Origin: Mobula hypostoma
Taxonomy: Eukaryota
Assembly (NCBI RefSeq): GCF_963921235.1
Contig: NC_086097.1
Span: 203,796,001-203,860,000, forward strand
Length of the DNA stretch: 64,000 nucleotides
Reading direction: 5' to 3'
Shown here: piece by piece, positions 52,396 to 64,000 of the stretch
How the letters are laid out: each line of letters starts with the position of its first letter
How positions within the stretch are numbered: the first letter of the stretch is position 1
The notes under the pieces: generated by a model
The model's database searches: none
What the model was told of the DNA's origin: nothing
What the model saw: only the letters and a program-made list of their open reading frames with translations
Position numbers and translations under genes: made by a program

Positions 52396-53170
52396 ATGAC
52401 TGACGCTGCATCTGTTCACGCAGTTTCGTTAGAACTGCCGGGCTTCTGGATGCTGTGACCCCATTTATGGTTCGAACAAGCAGAAGCACAATTCCACATT
52501 CGGCAGATAACCTCGGAGTCCACTCGCTACTACTACATGCTGAGCTCCCTCGACCAGGAGACTGCTGCACAAGTTGAGGAGTTTATACAGTCGCCCCCGG
52601 AGGACGGCAAATACACAGCATTCAAAACCCTGCTCATAAGGACTTTCGGACTCTCACGGCGTGAACGAGCACGCCGCTTAATGCACCTGGATGGTCTGGG
52701 AGACAGGCTGCCGTCAGCATTAATGAACGAGATGCTGGCCCTGGCTGAAGGACACAAACCCTGCCTCGTGTTTGAGCAGGCGTTCCTAGAGCAACTGCCC
52801 GAGGACATATGCCTGCTGCTGTCCGACGCAGATTTCAGCAACCCCCGGGAGGTGGCGGCCCGAGCAGATGTGCTGTGGAATGCCAGGAAAGAGAGAGGGG
52901 CATCCGTCGCACAGATCACCAAGCCGCGTGCCCAACGACAGACCAGACCGGGCCCGGCAGCAGAGCCTACAAAACCCAGCGACGGGAGTGAGGAGCCCAA
53001 CGAACAATGGTGCTTCTACCACCAGTGGTGGGGCACGGAGGCCCGCCGCTGCAGACCGCCCTGCAAATTCCCGGGAAACGCCAAGGCCCAGCCGCTGCCG
53101 ATCGCTACGGCGGCTGGCCATCAGGACAGCCTCCTGTACGTCTGGGACAAGCAGTCGAGACGCCGCTTTT
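52396..53170 (+). pseudogene. gag: Gypsy Gag-like protein, premature TGA at 52456-52458
   Basis: MTDAASVHAVSLELPGFW..*PHLWFEQAEAQF...LGDRLPSALM...CFYHQWWG.EARRCRPPC. Confidence 0.85.
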
Positions 53171-56168
53171 GGTCGACACCGGAGCGGAGATCAGCGTCTT
53201 ACCTCCAACGAGTTACGACACCCGCAACAGAGAACCGGGACCCACCCTGAGGGCCGCTAATGGCAGCACAATACGAACCTACGGCACCCGCACGGTGAGG
53301 CTACAGTTCAGCTCCAGCCGGTTCACGTGGGACTTCACACTGGCCGCCGTGGCCCAACCACTGCTGGGGGCAGATTTTCTATGAGCCCACAGCCTGCTGG
53401 TCGACTTGCAAGGGAAGCGATTAGTCCACGCCAAGACTTCTCAAACGTTCTCCCTGGGTGAAGCACAGTTGCCAGCCCCACACCTGGACTCCATCACGCT
53501 GTCCGACGATGAATTCACCAGGGTCCTGGCGGATTTCCCATCAGTACTGACACCGCAGTTCACGGCAGCCATGCCCAGACACGGAGTACAGCACCACATC
53601 CCGACCCAGGGACCACCCCTCCACGCCCGTGCTCGAAGGCTTCTCCCGGACAAGCTCCGACTGGCGAAGGAGGAGTTCAAAAAGATGGAGGAATTAGGGA
53701 TCATACGACGGTCCGACAGCCCATGGGCCTCCCCCCTTCACATGGTGCCCAAGGCAACGGGGGGCTGGAGACCATGTGGTGACTACCGCAGACTGAACGA
53801 GGCTACAACGCCAGACCGCTACCCTGTGCCGCACATTCAAGACTTCGCAGCAAACCTACACGGCGCAAGGATCTTTTCCAAGGTAGACCTCGTCTGGGGA
53901 TACCATCAAATCCCTGTACATCCGGACGACATCCCCAAAACAGCACTTATCACCCCGTTTGGACTTTTCGAATTCCTCCGAATGCCGTTTGGTCTAAAGA
54001 ACGCCGCACAGACTTTCCAGTGGCTAATGGACGCGGTGGGACGCGACCTGGACTTTGCATTCATCTATTTGGACGACATCCTCATAGCCAGCAGTAGTCG
54101 GCAGGAGCATCTGTCCCACCTCCGCCAGCTCTACTCCCGCCTGAGTGAATTCGGCCTTACAATCAATCCAGCCAAATGCCAGTTCGGACTCGACACCATC
54201 GACTTCCTGGGCCACAGGATTACTAAAGACGGGGCAACCCTGCTGCCCGCCAAGGTAGACGCGGTCCGCCACTTCCCCCGACCCAACACAATCAAAGGCT
54301 TGCAGGAATTCGTGGGTATGGTGAATTTCTACCACCGTTTCCTCCCCTCAGCAGCCCGAACCATGCGCCCCTTGTTCACTCTAATGTCGGGTAAGGGCAA
54401 GGACATTACCTGGAACGAAGAGGCCGCAACCGCTTTCGTTAAAACCAAAGAAGCCTTGGCAAACGCCGCGATGCTAGTGCACCCCAGAACGGACGTGCCT
54501 ACTACCCTCACAGTGGACGCATCCAACACAGCAGTCGGTGGAGTGCTGGAACAACTCATCGAGGGTCGCTGGCAACCCCTGGCGTTCTTCAGCAAACACC
54601 TACGACCACCCGAACTCAAATACAGTGCTTTCGACCGGGAGCTATTGGCACTATACCTGGCAATCCGGCATTTCAGGTACTTCTTAGAAGGTAGGCCCTT
54701 CACCGCGTTCACAGACCACAAACCGCTTACCTTTGCGTTCACTAAGGTGTCCGACCCCTGGTCGTCCCGCCAGCAGCGACATCTGTCCTACATCTCTGAG
54801 TACACGACGGACATCTGGCATGTCTCTGGAAAGAACAACGTCGTGGCAGACGCACTTTCCAGACCTACCATACAGGCCCTGTCCCAGGGGGTGGACTATG
54901 CAGCGCTGGCAGAGGCACAGCAGGCAGACGCTGAGATCCCCAGTTACAGGACTGCAGTCTCCGGTTTGCAGCTCCAAGACCTCCCCGTAGGCCCAGGTGA
55001 GAGGACCCTACTATGTGACGTAGCTACCGGCCAACCCCCCCCCCCCCCCGTCGTTCCAGCAGCCTGGCACCGGCGGGTGTTCGAATCCATTCACAACTTA
55101 GCGCACCCCTCCATCAGGACAACTGTCCGGCTGGTCTCCAACAGGTTTGTGTGGCATGGGCTTCGTAAACAGGTCAGTGAATGGGTCAAAACGTGCATGC
55201 AGTGCCAAACGGCCAAGGTGCAGTGACACACCAAGGCTCCACCGCAGCGGTTCGAACCCACCCGCCGGAGGTTCGACCACATCCATGTGGATATCGTGGG
55301 GCCCCTGCCAGTGTCACGAGGAGCGCGGTATCTCCTAACTATGATAGACCGGTTCACCAGATGGCCAGAGGCAGTCCCGCTCAGCGACACCACCTCCGAA
55401 TCCTGCGCCCGAGCACTGATCGCAACCTGGGTAGCACGCTTTGGGGTACCGGCCCACATTACCTCCGACAGGGGTGCCCAGTTCACCTCCAGCCTGTGGT
55501 CGGCTATGGCCAGACTTTTAGGAACACAGCTACACCACACAACTGCCTACCACCCACAGTCGAACGGACTAGTGGAGCGCTTCCACCGTCACCTGAAATC
55601 GGCTCTCATGGCCCGCCTGGAGGGGCCTAACTGGGTGGACGAACTTCCCTGGGTCCTGCTCGGAATCCGCACGGCGCCCAAAGAGGATCTACACACCTCG
55701 TCGGCCAAGTTGGTGTACGGCGCGCCCCTGGTCGTCCCAGGAGAGTTCATACCGGCCCCAAGGGGGCAAGAGGAAGAACCCACAGCAGTCCTGGACAGAC
55801 TACGGGAGAGGCTCGGTAACCTGGCCCCCATACCCACTTCACAGCACGGACAGAGCCCGACCTGAGTACCCAAAGACCTGCAGAACTGTAAGTTTCTTTT
55901 TGTACAACGGGGCGGACACCGGGCACCGCTACAGCGGCCCTACGAGGGGCCGTTTAAGGTGATCAGCAACAACGGGTCCACGTTCGTGCTGGACATTGGG
56001 GGGAGAGAGGAAGTTTTCACGGTGGACCGACTCAAACCGGCCCATGTGGACTTGGCGCAACCGGTCCAGGCTCAGGCACCGTGGTGCAGGGGCAGACCTC
56101 CCAAACAGAGGCCGATCCAGACTGTGGACATTGGGGGAGGTATCGCCGGTTCTGGGGGGGGGGGGTTA
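53171..56168 (+). pseudogene. pol: Gypsy Pol (protease, RT, RNase H, integrase) in one frame with three TGA stops
   Basis: [53 protein letters not shown]-x3-H..C-x2-C; DIVGP, SDRGAQF, NGLVERFH; PYEGPF; stops at 53382, 55224, 55863. Confidence 0.95.
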
Positions 56169-56363
56169 TGTGGCGACCCACTTTCTGACACCCACGAACC
56201 GGCTCACGAAACAGCGCGCACAGGCAGAGGGCGGGCAGCAAAAAGGGCGGGAATGGGAAGGCTTTAAAGCGGGCCGCGAAGTTTGAATAAACCTCTTTCA
56301 TCGCAACTCCAACTCACCGACTCCGTGTGGTTATTCTGGCACTGTGTGTAGCACATCGCCACA
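56169..56363 (+). repeat. 3' LTR, preceded by a G-run polypurine tract
   Basis: 195 bp; 7 substitutions versus the 5' LTR by manual alignment; contains AATAAA. Confidence 0.96.
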
Positions 56364-58289
56364 ATATAACTAAACTGTAATCATATAAGCCTTGAAACTC
56401 CCTTTGAAAAATCCTGGTCTTGGCTCTCTGTGAACCTCATGTGTCATCTGACAGGCAGATACATCCAACAGCCAATTTTTTCTTGATCTTTATTTGCCCT
56501 TGTGGTAAATTGACTGACGCATACAAAATTTAGAACTAATGAATCACAATAGCTTATTCAACATGGGCTAACATCATTGATCATTAAAGGAGGGATTCCT
56601 TCAGGACCTGACATTTCATTACAGTCAGCATGTGTCTTGTGAAATGGCAGTGTCCCAGTACTTCAAAGCTTGATGCAAGACCACATTTACCTCATTCCTT
56701 TGCTGTCAATTAATGATATTATCCAGGTAAATAAAGCAGAATGACACAAATACTGGTTACTTGATTTTTTTGTAATTACTGAAATTTCCACCAGAGTTAA
56801 GACTAGGTAGAAAATATCACCTACCTACCACAATTTGTATCATTTCTATGTCATTTGGCTCCACTGCAAGATTGTCTGCTTCTAATCTACAGGGCAGGAG
56901 TAGACCCCTTGGGAATAATTGCTGTAGATCATGGTGCAAAAGGAATAAAATCCAACGTCTGATCAGTATAACTATGGTTAATCATCATTGGAACAAATTT
57001 TCACAGAGGTAAAGTGGCATTCAAGGATAATAATTACTTAAAATTGGTGTTGTTTTGGTCACAGAATGTACACACAGACAACACTGTGTGCCAAGCTACT
57101 TATGATAATGTGCTCTTTATCGCCAGAATGATGGTGATTAATTTCTTACAATTGGTAGAATATGGTGGTGCATTTTCTATCACCATTGATGCATGATAGT
57201 GTGCCAAAGATGAAAGAAAATGAATGCATGTACCCTGTATTCATTTTCCCCAATATTATATGGCGATGTCTTTTGTATCTTTTCTAGAGACCCATAAATT
57301 GGAATCAATAAACGTTTGTCTGTGATGTCAGAAAGCATTAAATTGGTCACTAACATCCTTTTATCCAATTGTAACCTTTGGGAAGGAAAACCTTGTGGAA
57401 ATAATAAAGAACTTTGGATAAAAATACTTTAATTAAAACATAATTGTTGATAATATTAATTCATTTTAATGGAAATCTGCATAAAATTGACCTTCATAAC
57501 AAACGTTGCCAAGGTGGCTTAGAAGTTTAAAAAGCTCCATGTCATGTCTAAATTGTGTTTTTTGTAGCAGAGTTCTGTCACGTTTCACATTCCAGATGCA
57601 AGCGTAATTGGGGACCATTTTACACATGACCTTAAGAAATTGTTCGCTGCATGCAACTGAGAATTTTGAAATTCTTAAATAAATTTAAAACTCTTGTACC
57701 TTTATGAACAACAGCTTTCATTGTGGCACTTTATCAAGCCAAAACTGTCATAATTTGTGAAATTTCATTTAGGTTCCAACAACAATTGAAAAAATTTTAC
57801 TAACTTCCAACTAATCACTGAAGAATTCCCAACAGTATTTTATAATGGGATATATTCCAGGAAACTTTCCCAATTGCATGGATTTTCTCATAACCTTATG
57901 CCATTTCATAGTTTGACCATTTCAGAAAACCTCTAATAAGGCAAGTTCACACAACTCCATGGTGTTGCTTTGAGCCTAATGGGTGGTATTTGTGATTAAT
58001 GTTTACTCATCTAACACATTCCTTCTAACCAGTAAATTCCTTTTAAAAACCTTGTTCTTCCTCAGAATGTACAACTAATGACATGAAGAATCATTTTAAA
58101 AATCTGCAGTACTTAAAATTAGTTGATTAGTATTTTATGTTTCATCACCAACCTCTCAAAACACTTAATCACCATGGATATAAATGCTACTGGATGATAG
58201 TCACTGAGGCAGGTTACCGTGTTCTTCTTCAGCACCAATATAATTGAAGCCTGCTTGAAGCAGGTGTGTACCTGAGACTGCCAAAGTGA

Positions 58290-58785
58290 GCGGTTAAAGT
58301 TATTTTGCTGCCGTAGCTCATCCATTTCAAGGTTTGAAGTGTTATGTATTCAGAAATTCTCTTCTGCCTACAGTGGTAATATGTAGTTATATGAGTTACT
58401 GTTGCATTCCTGTCAGTAGAGCCAGTCTGGCAATTTTCCACTTGTCTCTCTAATTAACAAAACATTTTTGCAAACAGAACTGCTGCTCACTGGATTTTTC
58501 TTTTTGTTTTTTGCATTTTTCTCTGTGAACTCTGTCTGCATGAAAATCCTAAGAAATCAACAGTTTCTGAGGTACTCAAACCACTCTGTCTGGCACCAAC
58601 AATCATTCCACGATCAAAATCACCTAGGTCACATTACTGTCCCCCATTCTGAAATTTGGTTTGAACAATAACTGGGGCTCTTGACCACGTCTGCATGTTT
58701 TGATGCATTGAGTTGCTGCCGCATGATTGACTGATTAGATCTTGCATTAACTGGCAGGTGTACCTAATAAAGTAGCCACTGAGTG
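58290..58785. mobile_element. Partial Tc1-like non-autonomous DNA transposon (one TIR)
   Basis: Ends GGTGTACCTAATAAAGTAGCCACTGAGTG|TA, the reverse complement of a CACTCAGTGGC-type Tc1 TIR plus TA; partner TIR not found. Confidence 0.55.
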
Positions 58786-58899
58786 TATATTAGTTGCTTG
58801 TAGATATCTAACACTTTTGAGCCAGGAAAATATAAGAGGAAGTGATGTTGAGCCAGAACAAATTCTGTTTTAAAGCAGCTGAAAAAGTTGAAACAGCTC

Positions 58900-59800
58900 A
58901 GACATCAGGCATACAGCATACAGGAGGGAGGCTGAAAACTTGGCTGAGTGGTGTCTTAACTAAAACCTCTCTCCCAATGTCAGCAAGACAAAGGAACTGA
59001 TTGTTGACTTCGGGAGAGGGAAACCAGAGAAACGTGAGCCAGTCCTCATCAGAGGAGGAGAGGGTCAGCAACTTTGAATTCCTGGTTGTTACTATTTAGG
59101 AGGACCTGTCCTGGGCCCAGCGTGTAAATGCAATTGAGAAGAAAGCACGATAGCGCCTCTACTTCCTTAGGAGTCTGTGAAGATTTGGCATAACATGAAA
59201 AACTTTGACAAACTTCTATAGATGTATTGACTGGCTGCATCACAGCCAGCTATGGAAACACCAATGTATTTGAATGGAAAATCCTATGAAAGGTAGTGGA
59301 TTCGGCCCAGTACATCATGAGTAAAGCCCTCCCAACCATTGAGCACATCTATGTGAAATGCTGTAGTGGGAAAGCAGCATCCGTCATCAGAGATCCTCAC
59401 CACCCAGGCCATGCTTTTTTCTCACTGTTGCCATCAAGTAGAAGGTACAAGAGCTTCAGGACTCACATCACCAGGTTCATGAACAGTTACTACCCCTCAA
59501 ACATCAGGCTCTTGACAGAGATAACTACACTCACTCGCCCATCCTTTGAGATGTTCCCACAACCAACGATCTCAGTTTAAGGACTCTTTATCTTGTAATT
59601 TTATGTTCTCGTTATTCATTGCGATTTATTTATATTTGCATTTACACAGTTTATTGTCTTGTGCTCCTGACTTGGTCTTTCATTGATCCTGCTATACTTA
59701 CTCTTCTATAGATTTGCTGAGTATGCCCACAGGAAAATGAATGTCAGGGTTATATGTGATGATATATATGTACTCTGGTAATAAAATTTGCTTTGAACTT
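58900..59800 (+). mobile_element. Rex1/Babar-like LINE 3' fragment
   Basis: NVSKTKELIVDFGR; KAR*RLYFLR; IRDPHHPGHAFFSLLPSSRRYKS...RFMNSYYP; tail AATAAAATTTGCTTTGAACTT. Confidence 0.8.
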
Positions 59801-59972
59801 GAGCATCACTGTATAATAAAAGCACAATAAATTAACGAATATTATATTCACAGGATTCTGACATATACAGTAGGACTTTAGAGATTTCCAATTGCGAAAA
59901 CTGTTTATATAATATACCTGTAAACTTATTTATTTGCACATGTCTTATCAGTTGTAAAACTGAAGATAGCAG

Positions 59973-61035
59973 TGTCATGGTCCGGTCTGTGAAGTCTGCA
60001 TTCCGGTTCATGGTCCGGTCCATGGACTCAGGACTCCGGGTCTTCCAGCTGTCCCTTGTTTGACTAAATCAAAGGCACCTGATTCCCATTTTTGGGCTTG
60101 CAATATAAGTAGCCTTGGGATTGAGTGTGGGTTGCTGGTTTGTTTTGTCAGTCCCCTCTTGGAGTAACCTGCTGGTAGAAGATTAGAGCAGCCAATTGCC
60201 ATCTTTAGGCTGTGTTGGGGAACCATCCCCTCATGGAGCCTTGCTGTCAGTAGTTTGGAGCTGTCTTTGTGGTATGGATTTGGCTGTTTCCTGGGCCAGC
60301 TGAGTGGCTGCCAGCCACTCCAAGCTAGGTAGGGATCTGGCTGTTTCCATAGCCAGCTGAGGTTGCTGGCTGAACTGAGACTTGGAGCTACCCTGGAACA
60401 GAGTTGGAACTGTCTGTAGTTCTTTGGTGTTTGTTTCTTCTTGTCCTTGCCTCTGTGGGGTAAGTCAGGGTGTCCTGCTGTTACCCAACAGGTGGACCTG
60501 TCCCACCTTGGTGTGGAGAAGTTGAGTCCTGGTTTGTCTTAGGGTAAGTCCCAGCTCTATATCTATGTTCTGTCCTGTCTCATGTTAGTGTTGTGTTAAA
60601 GATGAGTCCTGGCTTGTCAAAGGGCAAGTCCTGGCTCTATGTTGATGTTCAGTTCCTAGTCTGTCTCTCAGCTCCAGCCTCTGAGTTATCAGCCTCTGCA
60701 TTTCAAGATGAAGATCCCGCAGCCAAGCTCCAAGATCCCGAGGGTCCCGCAGCCAAGCTCCAAGACCTGAAGACCTCAAGCCATGTCATGTCCTTGCCTG
60801 GTTCTGGGGTCTGAGCCTGAGGCAAGACCCAGGTTCTGGGTCCTTGTCCAGTCTCAAGCTCAGAATCCAAGCCTTGTCTCCTAGTCCAGGTCCTGTTTTT
60901 CTAGCCCAAGTCTGTGTTCTTGTCCCAGCTCCTTGCCTGAATCCTGTCACGTCCCTGCTCTAGTCAAGTCCTGGTCCTTGTACTTCAGTGTCTGTGTCCT
61001 GCATTTGGGTCTGTTTCCAGCACCCTATTGTGACA
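59973..61035. mobile_element. Solo LTR, 1063 bp
   Basis: TGTCA...TGACA termini, perfect 5-bp TSD AGCAG (59968-59972, 61036-61040), internal short direct repeats, no internal coding domain. Confidence 0.88.
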
Positions 61036-61623
61036 AGCAGGGATGCAAGATGTAACACATGGAACTGTTTAGTGGACATGACCTGGTGAATACACATGGA
61101 ACTAGTTAGACTGAGATTCTATGCCATGGTAGATGAAGTTCTGAGGAAGTCCTTCTGCTCATCCACTGTAACATTGAGAGTGGTGTCATGGGAACTCTAG
61201 AGAAATGTCACAGGGACCAACTGTGCTACTTTTCTGCATTCTACCACCAACCACGTCAAAGGATAACTAAGAATCTCTGCTGAAGTTAAACTCTCATCCT
61301 GCCCATGGCTTAGGAATAAGGATACTATTAAGCTGCATCAGAGGATTGTAGATGGAGATTTTAGCAAAAGAAATTTACCAGTGATGGGATCAGGGTTTGA
61401 GATTTTGACAGCATTGTGATATTTTGGATTCTTCACAAGAGCAAGAAGAGTTTTTACAAAAATAGGCAGATTGAAGGACCACAGGAACATAAAAAAAAAT
61501 GGAATTCCAAAGAGATTCAACAAATTCCTGTCACTATATCCTACTTCCATGCATAGGAGTTGGGATTATTATTCTTGCATAAAAATTGATAATGTTGGTT
61601 TTTGCAAATAAAATGAAGTGAGA

Positions 61624-61758
61624 TGTCCTGATGAAGGGTCTCAGCCTGAAACATTGACAGCTTACTCTTTTCCATAGATGCTACCTGGCCTGATGAGTTC
61701 CTGCAGTATTTTGTGTGTTGCTTCGATTTCCAGCACCTGCGGAGTTTTTCTTGTTTGT
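61624..61758 (+). mobile_element. Short PLE terminus starting with a hammerhead motif (61624-61659)
   Basis: TGTC-CTGATGA-AGGGTCTCAGCCT-GAAA-CATT-GACA; stem I TGTC/GACA; CATT fits CpG decay of CGTC. Confidence 0.8.
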
Positions 61759-61789
61759 TTCTATCTTTAATTTCTTCTTTTTTTTTTCC

Positions 61790-62525
61790 TTCCCCTTTCA
61801 GGGTTCTTTTGAAGCCCCTGACCTGGAGTTATATGCTGACTTCAGGAATGGGACCCACTCTCAGGGTCTCATGACTAGCTGTTATTTGATATGCCAAGGA
61901 TGCAGTCTACGAGATTAGTTTGTCTTTGGAGTTCTGGGATCTCGTGGCTCTGGAAACGGGCGGACTCGTGGTTGGTGCCTCTACAGGGAAGCAGTGTGTC
62001 GTGAGAGACAGAAGATCAAATGCAGCAAGCTGACTGCTGGCTGTGTGCCCAGAGACCTGAGTTCTTTGGGCATAGAGCTCGGAAAAAGTGACACAGCAGA
62101 CTTTTAACATTGTAAATCAGTGAGTTGTTTGTTATGTCTGCCCCTTGCTGTGAAACGGAGACATCCCTTTCTCCCTTATGAGGGAGAGGGAGAGGGGGGA
62201 GAGAGAGAGAGAGAGAGCGAGCCTGTGCTATATTGAATACCAGGTGAACAAGTAGTCTTTGGAGCACTGCGAGTTTGTGTCCTTGCTGATGCTTTGCTGC
62301 ATGCTTGAGTGCTTGGTGGTGGGTGCCAATGCTTTTTTTTTCCAGTGAGGGGAGGGAGGATCATTGCTTGCTGTTGCTTACACGTGGGATGGGGGAGCTG
62401 GGAAGGGGCTATGGGGTTCTAACATTTAACTCATTCTTTGGGGGCATTCCTCTGTTTGTGAAGAAAAAGTATTTTGGGATGAAAATTGTATATGTTTCTC
62501 TGACATTAAATGTACCTTTGAAACC
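61790..62525 (+). mobile_element. Unclassified non-autonomous retroelement with GA tract and Rex-type tail
   Basis: Ends CTCTGACATTAAATGTACCTTTGAAAC, similar to the Rex-like tails in this window; non-coding. Confidence 0.4.
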
Positions 62526-62528
62526 TTT

Positions 62529-64000
62529 TGAAGTAAGACATTTTATGTTTAATGAAACTCATAACACATTTTATTGAACTCCAAAACCTGCCCACAAGCA
62601 TGCTAAAACCTCTTTACATACTAACATCATGTCAGACCAGCCTCTTAAAGTGAAACCCCAACTCAATGTCAGTGCTTGTGAATGAAGTACTTTTCTCCCA
62701 GTTAAGTTGCCCTATACAGTGTGCGCCCCCCCCCCCCCCCAGGACTCACTGAAACCGGCATTGTAAGCCTGTCGGAAGCTCAGTCTCGGGTCCTGTGTTC
62801 CATGGGTGGAGGACCAGCAGGTGTCTTTGGCTTGTCCAGAGATGTGTTTACACACTCATGGTCACGTCCTGATGCCAGGGTCATGGCAGTGGAATACTCC
62901 AAATCTTGGTGGGCCAGCTTAAGGTAATCTACTGAAACATGTTCAGGTTTACCCCTCCTAACTATGACAAAAGTCTTCTTCCTGTTTCAAAACACAGAAC
63001 AGGCCATTGTAAGGGGGCCTGAGGGGATGCTGGTTAGCATCATGGTGGATGAAAGTAAATGAGGCGGTATGTAAGTCAGCAGGAACCCAAGAGTGTTGCA
63101 TGCGATGTTGGGAGGTACAAATGGGTGAAGAGGAATTGAATTTAATGAGGAGAGTGGAAACTGTTGAGATGATGTCCAGGCAGAAGTCCTGTCATGAATG
63201 AAATCACCTAGCACTTGTAATGGCTGCCCATACATAAACTCCAACATGGATGACTGCAGGTCCTCATTTGGACCAGTTCTGAGCCCCAGCACCCTGGGGT
63301 TCGATCATGCTAACACTCGCCTGTCAGAGCAGCCTTTAAGGAGCAGTGAAACCACTCATATAGGCCATTGGACTGCAGGGGATACACAATCAAAAAATGC
63401 TGGTGAACGCAGCAGGCCAGACAGCATCTATAGGAAGAGTTACAGTTGATGTTTCGGCCCGAGACCCTTCGTCAGACCCTTTGTTAGTCCTGACGAAGGG
63501 TCTCGGCCTGAAATGTCAACTGTACCTCTTCCTAAAGATGCTGCCTGGCCTGCTGCATTCACCAGCATTTTTTGTGTGTTTTACTTGAAATTCCAGCATC
63601 TGCAGATTTCCTCATGTTGAAGTGATGCACCATGGTATGATGTAGCCTAATGCTAAGGTTGTGGGCCATTGCAGGTCTAATATGAATTGGTGGCCACGGT
63701 CATAGGAAATATCAGATGGGGTGCCAAACAGAGGAACCCAGGTGCTGATGAATGCCCGAGCCACATCTACAGCCACCTTTGATGCTTGAGGGATGACCTC
63801 TGGCCACCTGGTGGTATGGCCTACTATGATCAGGAGGTATGTGAAACTGTGGGGGGAGGAAGAGGACCAACAAGGTTCACATTGACATGGTCAAACCACT
63901 CAGGAACCTCAAAAGCTGCCAATGCTGAATATGATGGTTAATTTTTGCCCACTGGCACTCCTCACAAGTCCGGCCAGCTAAGCACGCGATTAGGGATATT
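62529..64000 (-). mobile_element. Decayed Gypsy element: integrase, PPT and probable 3' LTR (about 62529-62718); runs off the window
   Basis: LGLRTGPNEDLQSS.LEFMYGQPL.V.GDFI (62987-63292); QSNGL, RWPEV.P and NLVGP motifs on minus; C-run at about 62726-62740 reads as a PPT; TGTATAGGG...AATAAA...CTTCA. Confidence 0.8.
63383..63618. mobile_element. Palindromic mini-PLE insert with two opposed hammerhead motifs
   Basis: Minus motif about 63444-63478 and plus motif 63486-63521 (AGTC-CTGACGA-AGGGTCTCGGCCT-GAAA-TGTC-AACT); arms are reverse complements; interrupts the Gypsy integrase HHT..H|PQSNG motif. Confidence 0.88.

Larger units (their letters stand above)
52161..56363 (+). mobile_element. Complete Ty3/Gypsy LTR retrotransposon (4.2 kb), inactivated by stops
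   Basis: Two 195-bp LTRs, ATAT TSD (52157-52160, 56364-56367), PBS, G-run PPT, domain order Gag-PR-RT-RH-IN. Confidence 0.97.

Noticed and set aside
52533..55873. Antisense and alternative-frame ORFs over the Gypsy element
   Set aside because: Expected shadows of GC-rich coding sequence; no recognisable domains

Overview
Eukaryotic, AT-rich, repeat-dominated DNA that looks intronic or intergenic. I could not identify any host protein-coding gene. The repeat mix points by inference to a vertebrate, probably a cartilaginous fish: CR1 LINEs with an esterase ORF1, tRNA/V-SINE-like SINEs, Rex1/Babar-like LINEs, and abundant GIY-YIG Penelope-like elements (PLEs). The best-resolved elements are: (i) a complete but stop-disrupted Gypsy LTR retrotransposon (52161-56363; 195-bp LTRs, ATAT target-site duplication (TSD), tRNA-Trp primer-binding site); (ii) a full-length decayed L1-type LINE (38185-43653, 17-bp TSD); (iii) an RTE LINE and a young tRNA-SINE nested in a Rex1-like LINE; (iv) a CR1 inside a CR1, carrying a Harbinger-like MITE; (v) a HERO-like restriction-endonuclease LINE fragment; (vi) a 1.06-kb solo LTR; (vii) a second, decayed Gypsy fragment. 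The most notable signal is a PLE family whose terminal repeat carries a minimal type-I hammerhead ribozyme motif (CTGANGA-stem II-GAAACGTC). It occurs in about ten copies, including long inverted pairs, tiny non-coding palindromic double-ribozyme inserts, and short copies whose 5' ends cluster at the ribozyme core. Boundaries of old repeats are approximate and were read by eye; family names come from motif recognition, not database searches.
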